Shown here: piece by piece, positions 43,070-53,707 of the stretch
How positions within the stretch are numbered: the stretch's first letter is position 1
Layout of the letters: each line of letters begins with the position of its first letter
Assembly: GCA_963737065.1 (NCBI GenBank)
Contig: CAVTRC010000001.1
Location: 1,376,001-1,440,000 of the forward strand
Direction: 5' to 3'
Source: Candidatus Eremiobacteria bacterium
GTDB taxonomy: Bacteria > Vulcanimicrobiota > Vulcanimicrobiia > Vulcanimicrobiales > Vulcanimicrobiaceae
Length of the DNA stretch: 64,000 nt
The notes under the pieces: generated by a model
Told to the model about the DNA's origin: nothing
Seen by the model: only the letters and a program-made list of their open reading frames with translations
The model's database searches: none
Made by a program: the position numbers and the translations under genes

Positions 43070-44568
43070 TAAAAGCTCTTGTTGAACTCCGTCAGCGCCG
43101 CGTTCAGTCTTTGCTTCGTATCGTCCGAGAGCTGGCCGCTCGATGCGATGGTCTGCGGAATCTCCGGATGCTTCGAGTGCAGGAACTCGATGAAGCCCGC
43201 AGCCCAGTTCTGCAGGCGCGGAGTCGCGATATCGTTTACGTACCCGGTGGTCGCGCCGTAGAGGATCGTCACTTGATCTTCCATCGCCATCGGCTGATAC
43301 TGCGGCTGCTTCAGCAATTCGGTGAGTTTTTCGCCGCGCATCAGTTGCATCTGCGTCGCCTTGTCGAGGTCGCTCGCAAGTTTCGCGAACGCCGCAAGGT
43401 CGCGATACTGAGCGAGCTCCAGTTTGAGCGGACCTGCTACGCCTTTCATCGCCTTCGTCTGCGCGGAACCGCCGACGCGCGAAACCGATAAACCGACGTC
43501 AACCGCGGGACGAATGCCTTGAAAGAAGAGGCTCGGCGTGAGGTAGATTTGCCCGTCGGTGATCGAGATGACGTTCGTCGGAATATACGCGGAGAAATCA
43601 CCCGCTTGGGTTTCGATGATCGGCAGTGCCGTCATCGATCCGCCGCCGAGTTCGTCGGAAAGCTTCGCCGCCCGTTCGAGCAGACGCGAGTGCAGATAGA
43701 AGACGTCGCCGGGATATGCTTCGCGCCCCGGAGGACGGCGAAGAAGAAGCGCCATTTCACGATACGACTGCGCGTGCTTGGTGAGGTCATCGTAGACGAT
43801 GAGGACGTCTTTGCCTTGATACATGAGCTCTTCGCCCATCGCACAGCCGGCGAAGGGAGCGATCCAGCGCAGCGCCGCCGATTCGGACGGACCGACCGTA
43901 ACGATCGTCGTGTAGTCCATCGCGCCCTTGTGTTCGAGGATTTGCGCCAGCGCGGCAACCGTCGCATTCTTCTGACCGATCGCGACGTAGATGCAGAACA
44001 CGTTCTTGCCCTTTTGATTGATGATCGTGTCGACCGCGATCGCCGTTTTTCCGGTCGAACGGTCGCCGATGATCAGCTCGCGCTGGCCTTTACCGATCGG
44101 AATGAGCGCGTCGATCGCGCGGATACCGGTCTGCAGCGGCTGCTTCACCGATTGACGTTGAACGACCGTCGGCGCGATGTTTTCGATCGTGCGATATTTA
44201 TTCGTTTCGACGGGCCCTTTGCCGTCGACCGGCTGGCCGAGCGGATTCACGACGCGACCGAGCAGCGATTCTCCGACCGGAACGGACGCAATGCGTCCGG
44301 TGCGGCGAACCTTATCGCCTTCTTTGATGTCTTCGTCGTCGCCCATGATGACGACGCCGACGTTGTCCTCTTCCAAATTCAGCGCGACGCCCAGCATGCC
44401 GTTGTGGAATTCGACAAGTTCCGACGAGCGTACGGCGCGCAGACCGTAGACGCGCGCGAGGTTCGCGCCCACCTCGATCACGGTTCCAACTTCGTCCTCC
44501 TGGACGGCCGTGTTGAAGCTCGCAATCTGCTGCTTCAGAATACCGGCGATTTCGTCTGCGTTAATCAT
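43069..44568 (-). CDS. atpA: ATP synthase F1 alpha
   Basis: GDRSTGKT and [23 protein letters not shown]. Confidence 0.99.
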   Translation of the reverse strand: MINADEIAGILKQQIASFNTAVQEDEVGTVIEVGANLARVYGLRAVRSSELVEFHNGMLGVALNLEEDNVGVVIMGDDEDIKEGDKVRRTGRIASVPVGESLLGRVVNPLGQPVDGKGPVETNKYRTIENIAPTVVQRQSVKQPLQTGIRAIDALIPIGKGQRELIIGDRSTGKTAIAVDTIINQKGKNVFCIYVAIGQKNATVAALAQILEHKGAMDYTTIVTVGPSESAALRWIAPFAGCAMGEELMYQGKDVLIVYDDLTKHAQSYREMALLLRRPPGREAYPGDVFYLHSRLLERAAKLSDELGGGSMTALPIIETQAGDFSAYIPTNVISITDGQIYLTPSLFFQGIRPAVDVGLSVSRVGGSAQTKAMKGVAGPLKLELAQYRDLAAFAKLASDLDKATQMQLMRGEKLTELLKQPQYQPMAMEDQVTILYGATTGYVNDIATPRLQNWAAGFIEFLHSKHPEIPQTIASSGQLSDDTKQRLNAALTEFNKSF

Positions 44569-44636
44569 TATACGAGGCGCTCCGATCTGATCTGCGCGTA
44601 TTGGTTTGCAAGTAACTCCCCTTGGGCGCCGGCACG

Positions 44637-45182
44637 TTAGCGGCTCCCTGCGAACAACGTTCGCGACAGTTCTTCGAGGCGGCCCGCGACCGTGCCGTCG
44701 ATGCGTCGATCGCCCATGACGACGCGCACGCCGCCGATCAGCGACGGATCGCGGCGTACCGAGACATCGAACTTCTTGCTATAGACGCGCTCGAGCCGGT
44801 CAACCAGCGAACGCAGTTCCGTCTGCGGCAAATCACGAGCGGTGATGACGGTCAGCGGTTCCATCCCGCGCGAGGCGAGTTCAAGCTTGCGATACTCGAC
44901 GATCACGCCGGTGAGAAGCGCTTCGCGGCGCTTGCGCACGAGGAGCAACGCGGTGTGAAGCGCGATGTCGTCGACCCGGCCGTTGAACGCGTTGAGCAGG
45001 GCCTTCTCTTTGTCGCCACGGTCGACGACCGGCGAAACGAAGAATTCGCGCGTCGATGCGTCTTCGTCGACGGCGCGCCCGATGGTGGAAAGATCGTCGC
45101 CGACCTTTTGAATGCGTCCGGCTTGCTGCGCGAGTTGGAAAACGGCGACCGCGTACCGCCGCGCAAGCGTTTCGTTCGCCAT
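44637..45182 (-). CDS. atpH: ATP synthase F1 delta
   Basis: [10 protein letters not shown] and DPSLIGG..IDGTV. Confidence 0.95.
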   Translation of the reverse strand: MANETLARRYAVAVFQLAQQAGRIQKVGDDLSTIGRAVDEDASTREFFVSPVVDRGDKEKALLNAFNGRVDDIALHTALLLVRKRREALLTGVIVEYRKLELASRGMEPLTVITARDLPQTELRSLVDRLERVYSKKFDVSVRRDPSLIGGVRVVMGDRRIDGTVAGRLEELSRTLFAGSR

Positions 45183-45676
45183 TAGTTCCGCGCTCCGTGT
45201 TCGAGCGACGCGACGAACCGGTCGACGAGCCGCGCGTTCACCCCGCCGTCGACGCGCGTCTCTGCCTCACGCCGGGCGAGTTCGAGCGCTTTTGCCGCGA
45301 GCTCTTCACGTAATTGTTCCCGCGCGGCCGCTCGCGCCCGCTGCAGTTCGCCGGCCGCATTGCGCAGTGCGCGCTCTCCCGCTTCGTTCGCTTCGGCGAT
45401 CATGGCGTCCGATTCGTGCTTCGCTTGATTTGCGGCGCGCTGAGCAATGAGCTGCGCATCGTGTTTCGCGCCTTCGATTTCTTGACGAAGAAGGTCGAGC
45501 GCCGCTTTTGCTTCATCTCGATGGCGTTCCGCCTCCGCGAGCTGGCGGTTTTGATTCGCTTGGGCGGCAAGAACTGCCGGCGCGATGTACTTCGTCCACA
45601 GCCAGACCATCACCGCAAGAAAAAGAATCGCGGAGATGATATCGGACCACTTGGCGACTGCTTCGTAATTCAACAT
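45182..45676 (-). CDS. atpF: ATP synthase Fo subunit b
   Basis: N-terminal TM helix plus coiled coil; operon position. Confidence 0.9.
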   Translation of the reverse strand: MLNYEAVAKWSDIISAILFLAVMVWLWTKYIAPAVLAAQANQNRQLAEAERHRDEAKAALDLLRQEIEGAKHDAQLIAQRAANQAKHESDAMIAEANEAGERALRNAAGELQRARAAAREQLREELAAKALELARREAETRVDGGVNARLVDRFVASLEHGARN

Positions 45677-46119
45677 CAGCGCTCGGTGACGGTCCGTTCG
45701 ACCATCAGTTCAGCGAGTTGACGGACGAGGCTCTCTTCGCCGACGCGCGCGGCCATCAATTCGGCATCGGCCTGCTTGTCGGCGGCCTCGATCGTCGACT
45801 GCGCCTGCGCTGTGTACGTTGCCGAAATCTCCGACGCTTTGTTTGACCCGTCGGCGCGCGCCTTTGCGATCGTTGCAACCGCATCACGCCGTGCAGCGGC
45901 GCGAATGCCTGCGGCTTCCGCGCGCAGCTTGCTGCCTTCGGTTTGATACTTCTCGTAGTCGGTGTGGACGCTGTTGATATACCTGCGGCGTTCGCGGATC
46001 GCGCGACCAACCGGACGTAAAAAAACGACCGACAAAATCGCGAAGAAGATCGCGAAGTTAATCAGCTGCACCCAGAACGTTCCATCGGGTTGGAGAAACA
46101 TCTCCGCGGCGAGCATCAT
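45676..46119 (-). CDS. ATP synthase Fo subunit b'
   Basis: DGTFWVQLINFAIFF..VFLRPV..IRER; second b-type gene. Confidence 0.88.
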   Translation of the reverse strand: MMLAAEMFLQPDGTFWVQLINFAIFFAILSVVFLRPVGRAIRERRRYINSVHTDYEKYQTEGSKLRAEAAGIRAAARRDAVATIAKARADGSNKASEISATYTAQAQSTIEAADKQADAELMAARVGEESLVRQLAELMVERTVTER

Positions 46120-46131
46120 GATTGTTTCGCT

Positions 46132-46407
46132 TTAGTGCAGGTGCTGCAGCAGACCCGGAACGTTTGCCACGACGAGCAGCAGGTAGAAACCCAAACCGAG
46201 TCCGATGATCGGGAACGCTTCCAGCACGCCGACGCCGAGAAAGAGGAACGTGAAGATGTTCGGACGCGCTTCGGGTTGACGCGCGATCGCCTCCACGGCC
46301 TTGCTCGCAACGATACCGTCGCCGATGGCCGAACCGAATGCCACACCGGCGATAATGATGCCGAACGCCAGCAGGGTCAGGCCTGCAACCAACGCTTCAG
46401 AGGTCAA
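46132..46407 (-). CDS. atpE: ATP synthase Fo subunit c
   Basis: ARQPEA loop and carboxylate in VLEAFP. Confidence 0.96.
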   Translation of the reverse strand: MTSEALVAGLTLLAFGIIIAGVAFGSAIGDGIVASKAVEAIARQPEARPNIFTFLFLGVGVLEAFPIIGLGLGFYLLLVVANVPGLLQHLH

Positions 46408-46487
46408 GTCGATACCTTTCCATAGTTATCTTAGCTAGTATACCGGGTGACTTTAGCGAGCAAAGTTTTAACTTTGATCGATAAAGT

Positions 46488-47219
46488 CTAGTGATCGGAT
46501 GCCGTTGCGAGCGACAGATAGACGATCGCGAGCAGGGTGAAAACGAACGCTTGTACGGTTCCGACGAAGAAGTTGAAAAACTGTATGAAGAACGGAATCA
46601 CCGTCACGGCGAGCGACAGGTTCACCGGACCGATCGTCACGTGCGACGTCACGATCGACGCGATGATGATGAAGAGCAGTTCGCCCACGAAAATATTGAA
46701 AAATAAACGTGCTGCGAGCGTCGCAGGCCGCGCGAGTTCTTCGAGAACATTGATCGGCGTGAGCCACCAGAAGGGCTTCGCCACGTGGCCGAATTGCTTG
46801 ATCCCGTTTTGACGGATGCCGACCACCCAGCAGATGACGAAAACCATCAATGCGAGCGGCAGCGTCGTGTTCAAATCCGCCGTCGGGGAACCGCCGAACG
46901 GCAGGCCGAGCACCTTAAACGGAAAGATGCCGAATTGATTCAACAAGAAGATGAACACGAAGAGCGCGATAAAGAACGGAACGTACGGCTCGCCCCGTTC
47001 TCCGAGCGTACTCGTCACCAAATCGGCCAGGTAGTTAATGGCGCCTTCGGCGATCGTCTGGCGCTTCGAGACGTACGCGGAGCGGTAGCTGGCACCAACC
47101 AAGGCGAAAAAGACGAGCGAAACGATCATCACGAGCCACGTCGTCATGATCGTGTCGCCATGGACCGTTCCGAACACCGGCCACTGCCAGGGAATGTGCT
47201 CGCCGATTTGCTCGTGCAC
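46488..47219 (-). CDS. atpB: ATP synthase Fo subunit a
   Basis: PTADLNTT, LAARLFFNIFVGE and QAFVFTLL. Confidence 0.96.
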   Translation of the reverse strand: MHEQIGEHIPWQWPVFGTVHGDTIMTTWLVMIVSLVFFALVGASYRSAYVSKRQTIAEGAINYLADLVTSTLGERGEPYVPFFIALFVFIFLLNQFGIFPFKVLGLPFGGSPTADLNTTLPLALMVFVICWVVGIRQNGIKQFGHVAKPFWWLTPINVLEELARPATLAARLFFNIFVGELLFIIIASIVTSHVTIGPVNLSLAVTVIPFFIQFFNFFVGTVQAFVFTLLAIVYLSLATASDH

Positions 47220-47225
47220 GAAACG

Positions 47226-47756
47226 CTATTCTCTTTTAAATGCGCGCTGCACACTCGCCATATACAGCGCTAACGGAAGAAAGAAGCCGGCGAAGTACGC
47301 CGCCATCGACCACCACGGTCCTCGAGCGGCAAATGCCACGGGGACTATACCGAAGACCGCGATTCTTAGAAAACTACTAAAGACGAAGCCCCCGACCGAG
47401 CGCGTTTCGACGACCCGCTCGTTGCTGCGCATCACCAGAAGGTTATTGATGATACCGCAGAGGCCACCAACCAGCAGGGCAAGCGCGGGAATGGGGAACC
47501 GGGGGGCGGTTGCGGCACCGACGATCGCTACGGTGAGCACGGTTCGAAACGAGACCGATTTCTTGAGCGCGCGATACGTCGCGAGATCGGCCGCCGCTTC
47601 GGCGTCGCCATAGCTACGCTCAGTCTTTCCCCAATCCTCCTCGTCAAAATACCGCGAAGCGCTTCGCACAGCCGGCACGCCCATCGCCGGATCCGCACTC
47701 CGCTCGCCTTCCGGAGACTGCGCGCGCCCCGCATCGTGCGGCCCCCGCTCGTTCAT
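47226..47756 (-). CDS. atpI: ATP synthase protein I
   Basis: Four TM segments directly upstream of atpB; start uncertain. Confidence 0.75.
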   Translation of the reverse strand: MNERGPHDAGRAQSPEGERSADPAMGVPAVRSASRYFDEEDWGKTERSYGDAEAAADLATYRALKKSVSFRTVLTVAIVGAATAPRFPIPALALLVGGLCGIINNLLVMRSNERVVETRSVGGFVFSSFLRIAVFGIVPVAFAARGPWWSMAAYFAGFFLPLALYMASVQRAFKRE

Positions 47757-47938
47757 TCGGTGTGGAACAGCAGCCGCATGGCGCTATATCCGCCGACCGC
47801 GAGGCCAACGATCAAGCCCACGAACGCCCACATTGGCTGGCCCGTACGAGCACCGACGAAGATGCCGAGGAGTAAGCCGGCAAGCGTCGCGCCGGCAAGC
47901 GTGCTGCCGGCAGCAATAACCGGGACGGCATCCTTCAT
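47753..47938 (-). CDS. AtpZ/AtpR-like small membrane protein
   Basis: Gly-rich two-TM protein MKDAVPVIAAG... at the head of the atp cluster. Confidence 0.7.
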   Translation of the reverse strand: MKDAVPVIAAGSTLAGATLAGLLLGIFVGARTGQPMWAFVGLIVGLAVGGYSAMRLLFHTE

Positions 47939-49092
47939 GAAGCAACGGCGCCGAACGGCTCGGGATACGGCGTTCCCGCGTGACGGGCCAAGAGCCATTC
48001 GACGATGCGCTCCGAGGCATGTCCGTCGCCGTACGGGTTCGCGGCACGCGCCATGCGCGCAAAGTCGACTTCATCGACGAGCAAACGACGCGCCGCGTCG
48101 ACGATTTTTGCCCGGTCGTGTCCGACGAGCTCGAGCGTACCGGCCTCAAGCCCCTCCGGGCGCTCGGTCTCGTCGCGCATCACCAGGACCGGTTTACCGA
48201 GACACGGCGCCTCTTCTTGCAAGCCGCCGGAGTCGGTTAGAACGAACGTCGCCGCTTTGACGGCGGCGACCATGTGCGCGTAGTCGATCGGCTGCACGAG
48301 CACGACGCCCGGAACGTTATCGAGCACGTCGAGCGCAACCGGACGGACGTGCGGCGAGGGATGCACGGGCCAATAGATTTGCGGGCGTTGCGGCAGCCCG
48401 GCGATGTCGCGCATCGCTTCGCACATCTCGCGCATGTGCGGGTGATTCTCGCGACGATGCGCGGTCACGACGATGATGGGACGCGAGCGATCGAGCAGAT
48501 CGAAATCGGGCGGCTTGGGAAGATTGCTGCGGTTCGCGGTCGCGAGGAATGCGTCGATGACCGTGTTGCCCGTGACGATGATGTCTTCGACGTTGACATT
48601 TTCGCGCAGCAGATGCTCGCGCGCGAGCATCGTCGGCGAAAAATGATAGCGCGCAATCGTCCCGGTCAAGCGGCGATTCATTTCTTCGGGATACGGAAGC
48701 CACGGATCGTTCGTCCGCAATCCTGCTTCCACGTGTCCCACGGGAACTTGCTGGTAAAACGCCGCAAGCGCAGCAGAAGTGCTCGTCGTCGTATCGCCGT
48801 GAACGAGCACGACGTCCGGCGTCGCCTCGTTCAGCACGGGCTCCATCCCTTCGAGCACGCGCGTGGTAATTTGCGTGAGCGTTTGATCGCGCGTCATGAT
48901 ATCGAGATCGTAGTCGGGAACGATCCCGAAGAGCTCGAGCAGATCGTCGAGCATCTGCCGATGCTGCGCCGTAACGCAGACGATGTCGTCGATCGCCGGA
49001 TGAGCGCGCAGCGCATGAACGACGGGAGCCATCTTGATGGTGTCCGGACGCGTTCCGAACACCGTCATCACGCGAAGTTTGTGATTCTCCAT
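47935..49092 (-). CDS. wecB: UDP-N-acetylglucosamine 2-epimerase (non-hydrolysing)
   Basis: VFGTRP, HVEAGLR, TAHRREN, TDSGGLQEEAP and NPYGDG. Confidence 0.97.
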   Translation of the reverse strand: MENHKLRVMTVFGTRPDTIKMAPVVHALRAHPAIDDIVCVTAQHRQMLDDLLELFGIVPDYDLDIMTRDQTLTQITTRVLEGMEPVLNEATPDVVLVHGDTTTSTSAALAAFYQQVPVGHVEAGLRTNDPWLPYPEEMNRRLTGTIARYHFSPTMLAREHLLRENVNVEDIIVTGNTVIDAFLATANRSNLPKPPDFDLLDRSRPIIVVTAHRRENHPHMREMCEAMRDIAGLPQRPQIYWPVHPSPHVRPVALDVLDNVPGVVLVQPIDYAHMVAAVKAATFVLTDSGGLQEEAPCLGKPVLVMRDETERPEGLEAGTLELVGHDRAKIVDAARRLLVDEVDFARMARAANPYGDGHASERIVEWLLARHAGTPYPEPFGAVAS

Positions 49093-49101
49093 AACGCAGC
49101 C

Positions 49102-50176
49102 CTAGATCGTGTGCTTGAAAACGTGCGTAAATTCACCCGAGAGCGCGAGCGCGACGACGCCGAGCAGGAAGCAGACGGCGTAGATCAACAGCACCGCCTG
49201 GCGTACATTCAGCCCAAAGCGGAAGATTAACTGGTGGTGAAAGTGGCCGCGGTCGGCTTCCGTAATTTTCTTCCCGGACCGCGCGCGACGCACGATCGCA
49301 GCGGCCGTATCGAGAATCGGTAATGCGAGCACGACGAGCGGCACGACAATGGAAATCGCAATCGCCGTCTTGCTTGCACCGATAACGGAAACCGTTGCAA
49401 ACACATAGCCGATAAAGAGCGAACCTGCGTCGCCCAAAAAGATCTTTGCCGGATTAAAATTGTATGGAAGAAATCCGAGCGCGCCGCCGGCGAGCGCGAT
49501 CACGACGAGCGCGACCACCGGATTGCCGTGCAGTACCGAGATAGCGAACAAAAATAGGCTTGAAATCGCGGCGAAACCCGAGAGCAACCCGTCGAGGCCG
49601 TCGATGAAGTTGATCGCGTTCATCATGCCGACATACCACAGCAGCGTAAGCGGTACACCGACGTACCACGGGAAATCGATCCAGTTCGAATTCGGATTGT
49701 GATCGAACGGATTCGTGATCCCCGGAATGATGAATCCGTACAACATAGAGATCAGCGCGACGATGATCTGCGCGAACAACTTGTTGCGCGGACGCATCTG
49801 CATGATGTCGTCCCAGACGCCGACGCCGAGGATCAATAGACTGCCGAAGAGCAGTCCGACGAGCCTGTGCACGGTATCGAATTGATCGCTCATCATGTCG
49901 AGCTTTTGGTGCACGCCGACATGCTCGAGCGGAGGGGAAGAGCGCGTACGGCGAGCTCAGCGCGAAGCCGAGCACCGCGAAGAGTGCAAAGGCGAACCCG
50001 AAAAACACCGCGAGGCCGCCGATGCGCGGCGTCGGATGCACGTGAACGTGACGGTCTTCACCGGTACCGACGACGATTTGTAAGTGCGTTGCAAGCTTGA
50101 TCACGAGCGGCGTTGCCGCGGCCGACACGGCGGCCGCAACCACGAAAGTCACGAGATAAATGAACGCAGCCGTCAC
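49102..50176 (-). CDS. wecA: Undecaprenyl-phosphate GlcNAc-1-phosphate transferase (WecA/TagO), frameshift near 49931
   Basis: HPTPRIGG in the first frame; GVWDD, NAINFIDGLDGL, FNPAKIFLGDAGS and DRGHFHH in the second. Confidence 0.85.
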
Positions 50177-50610
50177 GCGCGTGCCGCCTCGAGCGTCGCA
50201 AATTGCGCGATCGCGACGCCGGCCTCGGCGAGCAGTTCACTCGCAACGGGGTCGGGATACCCCATGTCGTAGACGATCTTTTGCAGGCCTGCGCTGATCA
50301 ACAGTTTCGAACAGTTCACGCACGGCTGATGCGTGCAGTACGCGAGGGAACCGGCGAGGCTAACACCGTGTAGGGCGCCTTGCACTATCGCATTTGCTTC
50401 CGCGTGCGTCGCGCGCGCGCAATGCTCGTTGACCACGATGCAGCCTGCCTCGGTGCAGTGCGCGACCCCGCGCGGCGCGCCGTTGTACCCCGTCGTCAGA
50501 ATCCGATGCTCGCGAACGAGCACGCAACCTACGGAAAGACGCGGACACGTTGCGCGCGTAGCGACGGTTCGCGCGATTTGCATAAAATACTCATCCCAGC
50601 CCGGGCGCAT
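50173..50610 (-). CDS. dCMP deaminase family (ComEB-like)
   Basis: RPGWDEYFM, TGYNG, HAEANA and PCVNC. Confidence 0.93.
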   Translation of the reverse strand: MRPGWDEYFMQIARTVATRATCPRLSVGCVLVREHRILTTGYNGAPRGVAHCTEAGCIVVNEHCARATHAEANAIVQGALHGVSLAGSLAYCTHQPCVNCSKLLISAGLQKIVYDMGYPDPVASELLAEAGVAIAQFATLEAARA

Positions 50611-50624
50611 CGTTCCGGCGATTC

Positions 50625-51293
50625 CTACGTATGTGCGCGCACTGCGTGCGGCACGGAGGTGAGACTGCCGAACATCCGGTCTCCGGCGTCGCCGAGGCCC
50701 GGAACGATATACGCGTGATCGTTCAACCCCGCATCGACTGCTGCGGCGACGATGGTAACGCCGGGATGCGACTCATGGATGTGCTCGACGCCCTCCGGCG
50801 CTGCGATCACGCAGACGAATGTCATCTTCCGCGCGCCGCGATCGACGAGCGCGTCGAGTGCGGCCACGCCCGAATGACCCGTGGCAAGCATCGGATCGAG
50901 TACGAACACGTGACGGTCTTCGAGCTGCGGCGGTACGTTTGCGTAGTAGGGCACCGCGCGCAAGGATTGCGGATCGCGATAGAAGCCGAGATGCGCGACG
51001 ACCGCGTCATCGATCACGTCGAGAAACCCCGGAAGCAATCCGAGACCGGCGCGCAGCACCGGTGCGACGACGGGGCGCGTTGCGATGCGTTCAGCCTTCG
51101 TTTCGATGAGCGGCGTCGTGACGTCGTAGTCGCGCAACGGCAACGAACGCGTTGCTTCGTAAGCGAGGAACGCGCCCAGTTCTTCGATGAGCGTCCGAAA
51201 AACCGGCGTCGGCGTATCACGGTCGCGCAAGCGCGCAAGTCGATCGGCGACGGCCGGATGTCGGACGACGTGCAACGCTTCGGAAGCGGGCAT
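50625..51293 (-). CDS. upp: Uracil phosphoribosyltransferase
   Basis: PVLRAGL, DPMLATG and YIVPGLGDAGDR. Confidence 0.97.
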   Translation of the reverse strand: MPASEALHVVRHPAVADRLARLRDRDTPTPVFRTLIEELGAFLAYEATRSLPLRDYDVTTPLIETKAERIATRPVVAPVLRAGLGLLPGFLDVIDDAVVAHLGFYRDPQSLRAVPYYANVPPQLEDRHVFVLDPMLATGHSGVAALDALVDRGARKMTFVCVIAAPEGVEHIHESHPGVTIVAAAVDAGLNDHAYIVPGLGDAGDRMFGSLTSVPHAVRAHT

Positions 51294-51361
51294 GCCCAAT
51301 ATTTAGGGCGGTCGCAATCCGAAGCCTTTACCGGCATGCGCGGGTTGCAACCGTCGTGGAG

Positions 51362-52870
51362 ATGGCGCGCGCGGCTCGATCGACCGGCGACCTGTGGGTC
51401 ATGATCGCGACGATCGTCGGGTCGAGCATGGCCTTCATCGACGGCATGGTCGTCACGCTTGCGCTGCCGTCGATTCAACGTCAATTTCATGCCGGAGCCG
51501 GCGACGTCGCCTGGATCGTCGAGCTGTATACGCTTGTCATTGGGTCGCTCATGCTCATCGGCGGCGCCCTTGCCGACATCTACGGGCGGAAACGGATCTT
51601 CACGTTCGGCGTGATTCTGTTTGCAATCGGCTCGGTTGGCTGCGGGTTTGCCTGGTCGATTCCATCGATGCTGGTCGCACGCGTGGTTCAAGGCTGCGGT
51701 GGAATGTTACTCATTCCGTCGAGCCTCGCAGTCCTCGGCGCGCATTTCACCGGCACGGCACGCGATCGCGCGATCGCGGCGTGGTCTGCATTCGGCGCGC
51801 TGACGTCGACGCTAGGCCCGATGGTCGGCGGCGCGCTTATCGATTCGCTGGGATGGCGCTCGGTTTTTTGGATCAACATTCCGCTTGCCGCACTGGTGCT
51901 GTATGCAACGAGCGTTCACATCGACGAAAGCCGTGATGACCGCGCGTCGCGCCACCTGGATTTCACCGGCTCAGCGTTGCTCACCGTTTCGCTCGGCGCA
52001 ATCACGTACGCGCTTATTCGCGGTAGTTCCATCGGCTGGCATTCGGTCTCGACGACCGGTACGGCGATTGCAGGCGTTGCCCTGATGGCAATCTTTGTCG
52101 CACGTGACACGCGCGTAACAAACCCACTCGTTTCGCCTGCAGTGTTCGCGTCGCGAACCTTCGGTACGGTCAACGTTGCAACGCTGCTGCTGTACGGCGC
52201 ACTCGGCGCGAACTTCTACGTGTTGCCGTTCGTGATGATTCAGGGTCATGGATATAACGCGCTGCAAACCGCCTTAGCGACGCTTCCATTGGGAATCTGT
52301 ATGGTTGCGCTCGCGCGTGTTGGCACGGCGCTCGGGCGCACGATCGGTATGCGCACCGTGCTTGCGATCGGCCCAATCGTCATTGCAGGCGGCTTTGTCG
52401 TACTCGCGCTTTTAGAACGGAATTCGACGTATGTAACGACGTTTTTCCCCGGCATTGTCATGATCGGTATTGGACTCGGACTAACTGTCGCGCCCCTGAC
52501 ATCGACGGTTATTGATTCCGTCGCGCCCGAACACGTCGGCATCGCGTCGGGCATCAATAACGCGGTTTCGCGCGTCGCCGGTTTACTTGCCGTCGCGGCA
52601 CTTACGATCGTTCTTGCGAAGTTGTACAACGCCTCGCTGGACCACTCGCTCGATGCCATGCGCGCATCGCCGCGGATACGAGCGGCGGCGAATGCACAAC
52701 GCGACCGCCTCGGCGGCGCTCGCTTCAAAAACGCGCAACTGCAGCTCGCATCAACGCGAGCGTTCGAGCAGGGATTTCAAGGCGTCGCACTCGGCTGCGC
52801 GACGCTGACGCTCCTCGCAGCAGTCGCCAACGCGCTCGGCATTCGGAACGACGAGTTGCAGGCCCGTTAA
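51362..52870 (+). CDS. MFS transporter, DHA2 (14-TM) family
   Basis: SSMAFIDG..V..ALP, ADIYGRKR, WRSVFWINIP and ASGINNAVSRVAG. Confidence 0.92.
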   Translation: MARAARSTGDLWVMIATIVGSSMAFIDGMVVTLALPSIQRQFHAGAGDVAWIVELYTLVIGSLMLIGGALADIYGRKRIFTFGVILFAIGSVGCGFAWSIPSMLVARVVQGCGGMLLIPSSLAVLGAHFTGTARDRAIAAWSAFGALTSTLGPMVGGALIDSLGWRSVFWINIPLAALVLYATSVHIDESRDDRASRHLDFTGSALLTVSLGAITYALIRGSSIGWHSVSTTGTAIAGVALMAIFVARDTRVTNPLVSPAVFASRTFGTVNVATLLLYGALGANFYVLPFVMIQGHGYNALQTALATLPLGICMVALARVGTALGRTIGMRTVLAIGPIVIAGGFVVLALLERNSTYVTTFFPGIVMIGIGLGLTVAPLTSTVIDSVAPEHVGIASGINNAVSRVAGLLAVAALTIVLAKLYNASLDHSLDAMRASPRIRAAANAQRDRLGGARFKNAQLQLASTRAFEQGFQGVALGCATLTLLAAVANALGIRNDELQAR

Positions 52871-52933
52871 AGGGCTGCGGCATACGAGGGTTTCTGCAAA
52901 TCGCGTGCGATATTGCGCTGTGGAGGGAAACGC

Positions 52934-53707
52934 TTGAAGAAACGGCTACGCACTTGGAAGACTCTGATCGAACAAGCCGTCGAGACGATGCCGGTAGAAT
53001 TCACATTGGCCGATATCGTGGTGCGGAAAACCGCGTTCGAGAAGCACTATCCCGAGAATCGTTTTATCGAAGCGAAGATTCGGCAAAGTCTACAAGTGTT
53101 GCGCGATCAAGGCGTAATCCGGTTTCTCGGACAAGGGCGCTATGAGCGACTCAATATGAAGCCGATATTCAGTCCATTGATTGACCAAACGATTGCAACG
53201 ACATACTCAAATAAGACCCAGTTTGCTCGTGTTGTCTTGGAGACGTGGGCAGAGCTAAACCTCTACTGCTTACATTGCGTGAACGATTCGTTGACCCGCC
53301 TTCCGCATAATACGCCTGTAGCGGACTTTGAATGTCAGTGCTGTGAGGCGCAATATCAACTTAAGGCAAAAGATGGCCGATTCGGCTCGAAGCTCAGTGG
53401 AGCAGCATATGCGCCAACGCTGAAGGCGAGCAAAGAACGTTCCATGCCCGAACACGTCCTGGTCGAGTACGACCGTCGCTTCTCGACGGTCGTTTTCGTC
53501 GACGCCCTTCCCGGATCCGCGATAACGCCGGAACGCGTTGTTGCAAGAGCCCGCCTTTCCGCAAGCGCGCGTCGTGCCGGATGGCAGGGGTGTACGATTC
53601 GCATCGACGGCATTGAACGCGTCGGGATCGTTAGGCCTTCAGGTTTGCCGAGAGAAGCGGTGCGGGCGGCATGGGCGCAGAGGATGAAAATGCGAGCCGC
53701 GGACTAA
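52934..53707 (+). CDS. DpnI-like (Dam-replacing family) nuclease with swapped domain order
   Basis: N-terminal HYPENRFIEAKIRQSLQVLRDQGVIRFLGQGRY (DpnI winged helix) followed by TQFARV..ETW..YCLHC..NTPVADFECQCC..YQLK..ARRAGWQGC (DpnI catalytic domain); GGAGGG RBS and TTG start. Confidence 0.85.
   Translation: MKKRLRTWKTLIEQAVETMPVEFTLADIVVRKTAFEKHYPENRFIEAKIRQSLQVLRDQGVIRFLGQGRYERLNMKPIFSPLIDQTIATTYSNKTQFARVVLETWAELNLYCLHCVNDSLTRLPHNTPVADFECQCCEAQYQLKAKDGRFGSKLSGAAYAPTLKASKERSMPEHVLVEYDRRFSTVVFVDALPGSAITPERVVARARLSASARRAGWQGCTIRIDGIERVGIVRPSGLPREAVRAAWAQRMKMRAAD

Noticed and set aside
45182..46119. Two b-type subunits in the ATP synthase operon
   Set aside because: b/b' heterodimers are well known in several phyla
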